Part shown: piece by piece, positions 37,721 through 45,620 of the stretch
Layout of the letters: each line of letters opens with the position of its first letter
How positions within the stretch are numbered: the stretch's first letter is position 1
Virus record (IMG/VR): IMGVR_UViG_3300021256_000005
DNA from: a virus
Strand: one strand, 5' to 3'
DNA length: 64,000 bases
Position numbers and translations under genes: made by a program
The notes under the pieces: generated by a model
Told to the model about the DNA's origin: nothing
Database searches by the model: none
Seen by the model: only the letters and a program-made list of their open reading frames with translations

Positions 37721-38494
37721 ATGAGAACTAGTATGAACAGAAAACTTGTAGATATATTAAGAAATCACAAACACTGGTTAGATAAAGACTGCGATGGATT
37801 TGTATATATGAGAGCCGATTTACGGGAAAGAGATTTACGTAGAGCTAATTTATATAAAGTCGACTTACAAAAAAGCTATTTACAGTATACTTGTTTCCGT
37901 GACGCCTTCTTAGCTCGTGCCAATTTATTCGCAGCTTATTTGTATGGAGCCGACATGCAGGGTTCTAATTTATATGAAACCGATTTAAGGAACACCGATT
38001 TAAGAAAAAGTGATTTAAGAAAAAGTGATTTACGGGGTGCGGATTTAAGGGATTCTGACTTACGTGGGAGCGATTTACGTGACGCCAAATTACAACATGC
38101 CAAGTTGCAGGGCGCAAAACTCCCATACATCCCTTACGCCTGCCCTGAAGCGGGAGCTTTTATAGGCTTCAAAAAATGCCGTGGACTTTTAATTGTTGAG
38201 ATGGAAATTCCCGCAGATGCAAAGAGACTGTCAGGTACGGGTCGCAAATGCAGGTGCGATAAAGCTAAAGTCTTGCGGATTTGGAATTTAGATCACACGG
38301 AATCTGATAAAAACAAAGCAATTAGCAAATATGATGAAAATTTCGTGTACGAAGTCGGCAAAACGGTGTGCGTGGATGATTTTGAAGAAGACAGATGGGC
38401 AGAATGCGCACCTGGGATACACTTTTTTATCAACTTCCAAGAAGCTGTTGATCACGGTCTAATGAATAGAGGAATATATGAAAGAACTAAATAA
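37721..38494 (+). CDS. pentapeptide-repeat protein with a C-terminal globular domain
   Basis: About 20 consecutive A(D/N)LxX pentads (ADLRERDLRRANLYKVDLQ...SDLRGADLRDSDLRGSDLRDAKLQHAKLQGAKL). Confidence 0.85.
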   Translation: MRTSMNRKLVDILRNHKHWLDKDCDGFVYMRADLRERDLRRANLYKVDLQKSYLQYTCFRDAFLARANLFAAYLYGADMQGSNLYETDLRNTDLRKSDLRKSDLRGADLRDSDLRGSDLRDAKLQHAKLQGAKLPYIPYACPEAGAFIGFKKCRGLLIVEMEIPADAKRLSGTGRKCRCDKAKVLRIWNLDHTESDKNKAISKYDENFVYEVGKTVCVDDFEEDRWAECAPGIHFFINFQEAVDHGLMNRGIYERTK

Positions 38495-39083
38495 TTTTAT
38501 AAACACGTTAAAAAATGAATACCAGTTAATTATTGAGCGTCATGACGAAACAGTTTTTGTTTCTGACAGTCATGCAATTTATAAAATACAATTGGATATA
38601 TATAATAAGCATTTCAGACTTGCTAGTCCGAGATTTCCAGAACTTATAAACAATACTACATACAGATCAATAAAACAGAATATTTCCTATCCTTATTGGG
38701 GAGACTGTTATTTAGAAAAACTTTATAAAAGCGCACGAAAGTCAGCAATTTATACTGTCAGACAAACCAGTGTACAGTTTAAAACAGATTCATCAATCAA
38801 ACAAATTTATACAAACGATAGGTTGAGCATATGTGTTGATGTCAAATATATCGACTTAGCTAATAGTATTGGAATCCGTACGTACACTGCATTTGTTGAT
38901 AAATCAACATCGCCAATCGTATTCGACAATTGTATAATCCTTCCTGCAATCACTAGTGAAAGTATACCGTGGAAAGATTTAATTGCAATTGCCAAAACAT
39001 ATGAAAAGAATGAAGCACTCAGTATCACACGTGTGCAAGATACAAACATCACATCGTGCGTCCCAAAAGGTAAGACTGTTTGA
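38478..39083 (+). CDS. hypothetical protein, paralog of 20640-21188
   Basis: 201 aa, shared blocks as listed for 20640. Confidence 0.7.
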   Translation: MKELNNFINTLKNEYQLIIERHDETVFVSDSHAIYKIQLDIYNKHFRLASPRFPELINNTTYRSIKQNISYPYWGDCYLEKLYKSARKSAIYTVRQTSVQFKTDSSIKQIYTNDRLSICVDVKYIDLANSIGIRTYTAFVDKSTSPIVFDNCIILPAITSESIPWKDLIAIAKTYEKNEALSITRVQDTNITSCVPKGKTV

Positions 39084-39131
39084 ATTATCGAAATCTTATG
39101 TCTATTAGAAAAAGAAAAAGGAATAAATAAG

Positions 39132-39374
39132 ATGAAAGTAATAAACCAGTATAAATGCGAAGTATGCGGTACAGCATATACCGACAAAAAGAAGTGTGAA
39201 GCTTGTGAATCGGGTCATAAAAAACCTACGAAAATCATAAATCGAAGGTATCGGGCAATCGGGATCAATTCCTCTGGTTTTCCTGATAAACTCACCGTTG
39301 CAACAAAAGATGGCGAGGAAGCGGTCTACAAATTTATTGGAAAGAAGGTGTACGATAATAATGTCTTGTGCTAA
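39132..39374 (+). CDS. hypothetical zinc-ribbon protein
   Basis: CEVCG...CEAC near the N-terminus. Confidence 0.55.
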   Translation: MKVINQYKCEVCGTAYTDKKKCEACESGHKKPTKIINRRYRAIGINSSGFPDKLTVATKDGEEAVYKFIGKKVYDNNVLC

Positions 39375-39555
39375 GAAATGTGACAGGTGTGGGAAGTATT
39401 ATGATTATTGCTATGATGATATTGTATACGGTTTTTCTCTCCTATCATATGATAGAAAAACAGACAAGCATCGCAATGAGGTAGAATTTGACATTTGCCC
39501 CGACTGTGTAGAATCATTCAACGAGTGGTTCATAAAAAAGGATTATATAAAATGA
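39361..39555 (+). CDS. hypothetical zinc-ribbon protein
   Basis: ATG at 39361 (MSCAKKCDRCGKYYDY...CPDC) overlaps the previous stop. The track start at 39298 is unlikely. Confidence 0.5.
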   Translation: MSCAKKCDRCGKYYDYCYDDIVYGFSLLSYDRKTDKHRNEVEFDICPDCVESFNEWFIKKDYIK

Positions 39556-39779
39556 ACAATAAATATAAACCGAGAGATACTGTATGCGTTTCTGAACTCA
39601 GTAAGAATTTTGGATTGGTGCCAAAAGAAACTTACGGTACTGGTTTTGGAAGAATCGTAACAGTATTAGAAAATAACGAATATATAATTAGATTCGATAA
39701 TGGAGTTGATATTATTCCAGAGAAATTTATTCTATTTAAAATCAGCGTTAGTCCTTTGGGAATATCAAAACTGAGGTAA
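39552..39779 (+). CDS. hypothetical protein
   Basis: ATG at 39552 overlaps the previous stop (ATGA). Confidence 0.5.
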   Translation: MNNKYKPRDTVCVSELSKNFGLVPKETYGTGFGRIVTVLENNEYIIRFDNGVDIIPEKFILFKISVSPLGISKLR

Positions 39780-39784
39780 TATAC

Positions 39785-39943
39785 ATGATAGATGAGGAAT
39801 TGTTCAATAAATTGTTGATGTGATACTTTAAAGGTTCGAGAACCTGTGCAGGTATTAGTTGTAGCAATTGCATGTTTGATAGCATCAGAGGATTCCAGAT
39901 TGGCGAGAAAGAAAAAGCGTTTAAAAAGTTAAAGGAGAATAGA
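39785..39943 (+). pseudogene. decayed third copy of the Cys-rich family with an in-frame TGA
   Basis: Good RBS (gagg-N8-ATG). MIDEELFNKLLM-TGA-YFKGSRTCAGISCSNCMFDS... aligns to MTKEEFNK..(K/T)RYFDS...C.G..C..CMF. The TGA at 39821 aligns to CGA/CGG Arg in the paralogs. Confidence 0.55.
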
Positions 39944-40435
39944 ATGAAAAAGAATGAATTATTTACGAATGAAGAATGGCAGATATTGCAGGCTACAGAT
40001 AAAAAGTATAAGTGGATTATGAGAGATACCAATGGAGATTTAGTTCTTTATGAAAGTAAACCGAGATTTAATGTAGTTTCTTGTACATATCATAGTAGTG
40101 GATCAACATGTATATTAGGTGGTTTTAATGAAAAATTCAAATGTTTAGTTTCTAATTCATTACCATCAATGGCTATTCAGTTTAGAGAAGATATTATTGA
40201 CGAGATCGAAAAGGAATATTTGAATAGTGTTCTGAAACCATTACCAGAAGTAAAATATATTATGTTGTTATTGATTCCCACTGGAAATAAAACAGGCGTA
40301 ACACACAATAATAGGTTACTTGTGAAATTTAAAACTGGTGAAAAGTTAGAGTTTCCAGAATTTCCATCAGGTCATATGTACGAAAATATGAGTTATAACG
40401 TCGAATACACACCAGAAGAATTAGGGTTATCGTGA
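39944..40435 (+). CDS. hypothetical protein
   Basis: ATG at 39944 is preceded by aaaggagaat. The track ORF begins upstream in the same frame. Confidence 0.6.
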   Translation: MKKNELFTNEEWQILQATDKKYKWIMRDTNGDLVLYESKPRFNVVSCTYHSSGSTCILGGFNEKFKCLVSNSLPSMAIQFREDIIDEIEKEYLNSVLKPLPEVKYIMLLLIPTGNKTGVTHNNRLLVKFKTGEKLEFPEFPSGHMYENMSYNVEYTPEELGLS

Positions 40436-40459
40436 TACTAGAGATGAAGAGGTAAAATT

Positions 40460-41335
40460 ATGACGCAATTTACTATGCTAATTGGATTGCCCGCCAGTGG
40501 GAAAACAACGTTGGCAAAAAGTCTAAAAACAGAATTAAACGCTGTCATATTGAGTTCTGATGAAATCAGAGCAGAATTATACGGAGATGCTGAAAATCAA
40601 GAGCATAATCCAGAAGTATTTAATCATATGAATAAACTGACACGAGAGTATTTACAAAAAGGTACTTCTGTAATTTATGACGCAACAAATATCAATTATA
40701 AAAAGCGTATGAATTTATTAAAACAGTTACCAGAGTGTCAAAAGGAATGTATTTTGGTAATGACTCAATATGAACAGTGTTTAATTAACAATCTCAGTCG
40801 AGAACGCAGAGTTCCGACTGAAGTTATAAAACGTATGTATCGTTCCTTTGTAGTACCGTATTATTATGAGGGGTGGGACGATATAAAAATACATTATTCG
40901 TTTGAATATAATGATGCAACATATTATCAATGGTTAAAAGACGCAGATAATTTTAATCAGGAAAATTATCATCACACATTGTTGCTCGGAGATCATATGC
41001 GCAAAACAGCAGAACATGTGTTGAGTACAACTGGAAAGAAAGATGAATTGTATTATGCCGCTTGTATCCACGATATTGGAAAAATGAAAACGCAAACAAA
41101 AACAAAGGTTGACAAACAGGCGCATTATTTTGGACACCAGAACGTTGGAGCGTATGATAGTTTTTTCTTTACCAGAGAAAACTGTGATTTACTAAAACGA
41201 GCAATTTTGATCCAGTGGCACATGTTGTTGTACACGGTAAAGATTGACACAAACGTAAAATGGCAAAATTTATTAGGAGACAGTTTGATAAATCAATTAC
41301 AGATTTTATTTGAAGGAGACAAGCTTGCTAAATGA
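40460..41335 (+). CDS. P-loop polynucleotide kinase-like domain fused to an HD phosphohydrolase domain
   Basis: LIGLPASGKTT Walker A at the N-terminus. HHTLLLGDH...CIHDIGK (H...HD) in the C-terminal half. Confidence 0.65.
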   Translation: MTQFTMLIGLPASGKTTLAKSLKTELNAVILSSDEIRAELYGDAENQEHNPEVFNHMNKLTREYLQKGTSVIYDATNINYKKRMNLLKQLPECQKECILVMTQYEQCLINNLSRERRVPTEVIKRMYRSFVVPYYYEGWDDIKIHYSFEYNDATYYQWLKDADNFNQENYHHTLLLGDHMRKTAEHVLSTTGKKDELYYAACIHDIGKMKTQTKTKVDKQAHYFGHQNVGAYDSFFFTRENCDLLKRAILIQWHMLLYTVKIDTNVKWQNLLGDSLINQLQILFEGDKLAK

Positions 41336-42492
41336 AACCAGTTAATAATATATTGAAACCAAAGATTAGCAATTCTTATATCTGTAGGCTTATTTATAAA
41401 GATCCAAACTGGCGTCAGGTACTAAAGGATAAACAAATCACCGTCAAACAAGAGGGGAATTTAATCATTTGCAATTATAGGCAGGGAGCAAATTTTTCTG
41501 ATGAAATAGTTCGAGAAGCCAGAGGAATTATTATAAACATAGATACTTGCAGAGTGGTTTGTTTTCCTATGAATAAATTTGGCAACTGGAATGAGTATTA
41601 CGCTGACACGATTGATTGGATAATGGGTAACTTTACTGTCTATGATAAAATAGATGGTTCGTTGGTGAAATTATGGTACAACGAAGCTATTGGTGAATGG
41701 CAGTGGAGTACCAACGGCTGTATTACTACAGATAATATTGCTTATCAAAACGAATATGTTTCCTACACGTGGAATGACTTGATCCATATGGCACAGAATT
41801 ATAATCAGCTGAATTTTGATAAGCTACAAAAATATGTTACCTATATGTTTGAGTTGATTAGTCCTTACACGCAGATTGTTGTTAAGTATCCAATTACGAG
41901 ATTGTATTATTTAGCCGCCAGACAAAATATCAGTGGTGAGGAAATCAGGCAAGACAATATCGGAATTAGCAGACCATCTACGCATAGATACACCAGTTTG
42001 GAACATTGTGTATCTCATGCAGAGCGATTAAATACAAAAGATCACATAACGGACGAGGGTTATGTAATTGTTGATAAAGAATTTCACAGAATCAAAGTGA
42101 AGTCACCGTCTTATATTGCTTATCATTATTTGCGCACTGGAACAAATTTTTCTAAACGTAAGATGATAAAGCTGATTCAAGATCCAAACGTGAATCAAGG
42201 TGCGCTTAATGAAAAGTCAACGGAATTTACGATGTATTGGAATTATTATCAGTTCCGTGTTAGTGAATTGGAATATCATGTGGAACGATATATAACTTAT
42301 GTTAGAGCGTTATATGAAGAATTATCACATGATAGAAAAGCAGTTTATGAGCAGATACATAAAGACAAATATGGTTGTGCAGGATTGTCTGCTATTGGTA
42401 ATGAACGCACAGCAAAAGAAATTTTGAATCAGATTTATGCTTATCAAACAAAAAAATATTTATCATGGATAAAAGAATTTCCAAAAAAGTAA
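41332..42492 (+). CDS. ATP-dependent RNA ligase (Rnl family)
   Basis: Nucleotidyl-transferase motifs KIDGS (I), DEGYVIVD (IV), RIKVKSPSY (V). Confidence 0.7.
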   Translation: MKPVNNILKPKISNSYICRLIYKDPNWRQVLKDKQITVKQEGNLIICNYRQGANFSDEIVREARGIIINIDTCRVVCFPMNKFGNWNEYYADTIDWIMGNFTVYDKIDGSLVKLWYNEAIGEWQWSTNGCITTDNIAYQNEYVSYTWNDLIHMAQNYNQLNFDKLQKYVTYMFELISPYTQIVVKYPITRLYYLAARQNISGEEIRQDNIGISRPSTHRYTSLEHCVSHAERLNTKDHITDEGYVIVDKEFHRIKVKSPSYIAYHYLRTGTNFSKRKMIKLIQDPNVNQGALNEKSTEFTMYWNYYQFRVSELEYHVERYITYVRALYEELSHDRKAVYEQIHKDKYGCAGLSAIGNERTAKEILNQIYAYQTKKYLSWIKEFPKK

Positions 42493-42511
42493 AGTAATTA
42501 TAAATTTACAG

Positions 42512-42540
42512 TTGACAGAGTAACTAGAAAGTGGTAAGAT
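42512..42540 (+). promoter_or_regulatory. candidate promoter upstream of the tRNA and replication module
   Basis: TTGACA (42512-17), 17-nt spacer, TAAGAT. Flanked by inverted copies of cagttgac/gtcaactg-like words. Confidence 0.45.
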
Positions 42541-42628
42541 AATTACAGTTGATGAAGTTCTTTGGAACTGTCAACAAAATATAGTTTCCTTTCCTTCTTA
42601 GAATTGGTGGATGTTCTTCCACCAATTT

Positions 42629-42700
42629 ACCCCCATCGCCAAATGGTTAAGGCATAGCACTTTGACTGCTACACTACTGGTTCGAGTCCAGTTGGGGGTG
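42629..42700 (+). tRNA. tRNA-Gln (anticodon UUG)
   Basis: Perfect 7-bp acceptor stem accccca/tgggggt. Anticodon stem tagca/tgcta with loop cuUUGac. T arm actgg-ttcgagt-ccagt. 72 nt, no encoded CCA. Confidence 0.85.
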
Positions 42701-42761
42701 TTTAAAACAATAAAAAATATAAAGAAAGGAGTCCATATGAATAAAATTGCAAGAATTAGAA

Positions 42762-42917
42762 ATGGGGATGTATGAATGTACATTTTGCAAAACAATTAAA
42801 CCGTTAAAAATGGTTATTGATCGCTGTCCAGTATGTCAGCGAAGTATCCGTATATTTAATCTAACAGACAATGATGAACAATGGCTAGAAAAAATTTCAG
42901 AAAGATTTTCTAAATAG
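42762..42917 (+). CDS. small zinc-ribbon protein (51 aa, below track cutoff)
   Basis: MGMYECTFCKTIKPLKMVIDRCPVCQRS..., two CxxC pairs. The start codon is uncertain (ATG at 42762 or 42768). Confidence 0.4.
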   Translation: MGMYECTFCKTIKPLKMVIDRCPVCQRSIRIFNLTDNDEQWLEKISERFSK

Positions 42918-42931
42918 AGAAAGGAAATAAT

Positions 42932-43981
42932 ATGGTAGATAAATTTAATTTCGTAGGAGAATTATTCGTGCCAAAACGTGACGGTGCGCCAAACATGTGC
43001 CGTACAGCAAAGACAAAAAGTGGAGATAAATATCACTCGTTATCTTTTGGGATCAAAGAGTCAGATCATAATATGGCATTTGTAGAACTGTTTGGTATGA
43101 GAACAGATACCATTAAAGTTTTTACAACTGACAGAGAACGTGTCGAGATTGAATGGGAAGATCGTTTTGATTCGGACAATGTTGCAAATGCAATGATGAA
43201 ATATTCTGTGACATTCGATGAGCGTAAGGAATTTATCTCTGCATATGACGCAATTGAATACTTCATGGATAATTATGAAGATTATAAAGATAAAAAGTTC
43301 CGTGTGTCTGGTAGGATTCGTATGAATGTATATCAGGGTAAAGTTACACCACGTTATGAAATTCAGTATGTTTCGGTCGTAGATGCAGACACGAAATCTA
43401 AACTGCGCACAAGCATTGATGTATATTACAACAAAGAATCTTTAGATACTGCCGATTGGAAAAAAGAAAAAATCGTTCGGCTGAATGGTTATCAGAAGGC
43501 TTATATTGACAAAGAAAACGGTGTCAAATACGTGCCAAGCACATTTGTTTTTAACTGTTCTAAAGTTGACTTTGATAACGAAAAACAAAAAGCCGCTGTT
43601 GATTTCAGAATGAATGAATTTCTGAAACTGAAACAGAAAGGTTACGTTCATATGGGATGGACATGTGGTGTTGTTAATGGTACAGAAGAAGCAGAAATTT
43701 CATATGATGATTTAACCAAAATGCAGAAAAAGTGCATTGATGCGGGAATTAACACACTGGACGATTTCAAAGAAAAAACATTTGGAAATCGTGTACAGGA
43801 AATGCGTCTGATTTCCCCTATTGTTATGGGAGAGTTTGAAGATGGTGTTGTCGGATGTGATATGAGTGATTCTGATTTTGAGGATGAAATTTATCATTAC
43901 CATCAGCCAGAAGAAAAAGAAGAATCTGAAATGTTTGACGATGCTGTAATGGACGATGATGAAGAAAATTTATTCGGTTAA
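42932..43981 (+). CDS. hypothetical replication-module protein, possible ssDNA-binding protein
   Basis: 349 aa. First gene of the replication block. Acidic C-terminal tail ...DDAVMDDDEENLFG. Function inferred from position and tail only. Confidence 0.6.
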   Translation: MVDKFNFVGELFVPKRDGAPNMCRTAKTKSGDKYHSLSFGIKESDHNMAFVELFGMRTDTIKVFTTDRERVEIEWEDRFDSDNVANAMMKYSVTFDERKEFISAYDAIEYFMDNYEDYKDKKFRVSGRIRMNVYQGKVTPRYEIQYVSVVDADTKSKLRTSIDVYYNKESLDTADWKKEKIVRLNGYQKAYIDKENGVKYVPSTFVFNCSKVDFDNEKQKAAVDFRMNEFLKLKQKGYVHMGWTCGVVNGTEEAEISYDDLTKMQKKCIDAGINTLDDFKEKTFGNRVQEMRLISPIVMGEFEDGVVGCDMSDSDFEDEIYHYHQPEEKEESEMFDDAVMDDDEENLFG

Positions 43982-43990
43982 GAGGTAACG

Positions 43991-45109
43991 ATGGGAAAAT
44001 ACGGAAAGAAAAATCATGTAGACTTAAATCCACTGCACTATAACATTTGTCTGCTTGGTGAAGGTGGTATTGGTAAAACAACTATTATTTATCAGATGTG
44101 TGAGAAATTAGTTGGTTCTGATGGATATATTCATTTCGATATGGGTCGTGAAGATGGAGCATCGGCAATTGAGGGAATTGTATCAGAGCCAATTGAAGAC
44201 TGGCAAAAACTTGTAGACGTAGTAGACGATATTGTAGATAATAAAACAACTGATTACCAAGATTTACAGGTTGTTATTTTTGATAGTTTTGACGAACTGA
44301 TGCGTTTAGCAGAAATCGAGACAATTCGTCAGCATAATAAGAAAAAACCAGATAACCGTGTAGATAGCATCAATTCTGCGTTTGGCGGGTTTGGTAAAGG
44401 ATTAGACTATGCAGTTGGTCTTGTTCTCGATACGATGTGGGAACTGAAAAACGTTGGCGTTAATTCAATTATTATCGGGCATGTAAAACGCACCGATATT
44501 GTAGATCCGATCACGCAGGAATCTTATTCTAAACTGACAGCTGATTCTACACAGAGATATTTTAATCAGATTAAAAACAAGATGCACTTTGTTGGTCTGG
44601 CATACATTGATCGGGAGATTGTCAAAGAAAAAACAGGAAGAAAAGATATTCATAAAAAAGATATTACTATTGACAGAGTTACTGGTGAGAGCCGAATTAT
44701 TAGTTTTAGGGATGATTCTTATTCTGTAGATTCTAAGTCTCGATTTGCTAATATCGTTGGTCAGATTCCGTTTGATTGTGATGCGTTTATCAAGGCAATG
44801 CAGGATGCGATTTTAGCAGAACAGTCAAAAGGAACAGAATCATTAGAAGATGCTAAAAAGAGACAGGAAGAAAAAGATAAAGAGTCTGCTCAAAAAGCAA
44901 AAGAATACTCTGAGTCTGCTGTAGAAAACAAGGTGGATTTAGAACAGAATCTGGAACTGAAATCAAAAATCCTTAGTGCGTACAAAGTAGCTACAGATGA
45001 TGAAAAAGACGCAATGAAAGAAATTTTATCTGATGCAGGCTTTGATCGAGTAGATGCGGAGTCAATTCCGACCAAAACGATGGAGAGATTATTAAAAGCA
45101 TTACAGTAG
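43991..45109 (+). CDS. AAA ATPase, Sak4-like / RecA-fold recombination protein
   Basis: Walker A LLGEGGIGKTT, Walker B VVIFDSFDE. Typical position next to the SSB-like gene and the helicase. Confidence 0.6.
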   Translation: MGKYGKKNHVDLNPLHYNICLLGEGGIGKTTIIYQMCEKLVGSDGYIHFDMGREDGASAIEGIVSEPIEDWQKLVDVVDDIVDNKTTDYQDLQVVIFDSFDELMRLAEIETIRQHNKKKPDNRVDSINSAFGGFGKGLDYAVGLVLDTMWELKNVGVNSIIIGHVKRTDIVDPITQESYSKLTADSTQRYFNQIKNKMHFVGLAYIDREIVKEKTGRKDIHKKDITIDRVTGESRIISFRDDSYSVDSKSRFANIVGQIPFDCDAFIKAMQDAILAEQSKGTESLEDAKKRQEEKDKESAQKAKEYSESAVENKVDLEQNLELKSKILSAYKVATDDEKDAMKEILSDAGFDRVDAESIPTKTMERLLKALQ

Positions 45110-45119
45110 GTGATGTAAT

Positions 45120-45620
45120 ATGGCAAGAAAATGCAAATGTTGGATAACAAAAGAAGAAGGCACAACAGATGTATTTTTTAAAGCACCAGACGGACATTAT
45201 TATAAAACAGAAGAATTATATTTAGAGTGTCAGAGAGATAAACAATATCGCAAAGATACTTTGAATTTGATTGGGGAACTTGTTGGATATTCTTCAACCA
45301 AAAAGTTCCCCACTGTAATTACAAAAAAACTTAAAGAACTTGAAGTAAATTATTCTCGCAAAATAATCTATTATACATTTCTGTATTGTACCGATCAATT
45401 AAATTGGGCGGTGCGAAATAAAAGGTTTCAGAGTGACTATGGAATGTGTGCTTATATTATGGCGATCATTGCTAATCATATAGAAGAAATTGACAAAAAA
45501 TTAAAGAAGGAGAAGGCTAACAATTCAGCAGTAGAAATCTTTGAGAATTACGATGATTTAAAAGTTTCCACTGTGCGGAAACCAACACACGATATTAGCC
45601 AATTTATCAATGGAAGTTAA
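45120..45620 (+). CDS. hypothetical protein
   Basis: 166 aa with an RBS. Overlaps the helicase start. Confidence 0.6.
   Translation: MARKCKCWITKEEGTTDVFFKAPDGHYYKTEELYLECQRDKQYRKDTLNLIGELVGYSSTKKFPTVITKKLKELEVNYSRKIIYYTFLYCTDQLNWAVRNKRFQSDYGMCAYIMAIIANHIEEIDKKLKKEKANNSAVEIFENYDDLKVSTVRKPTHDISQFINGS

Noticed and set aside
42598-42795. Track ORF 42598-42795 (-)
   Set aside because: It overlaps the tRNA-Gln gene and its leader hairpin on the opposite strand.
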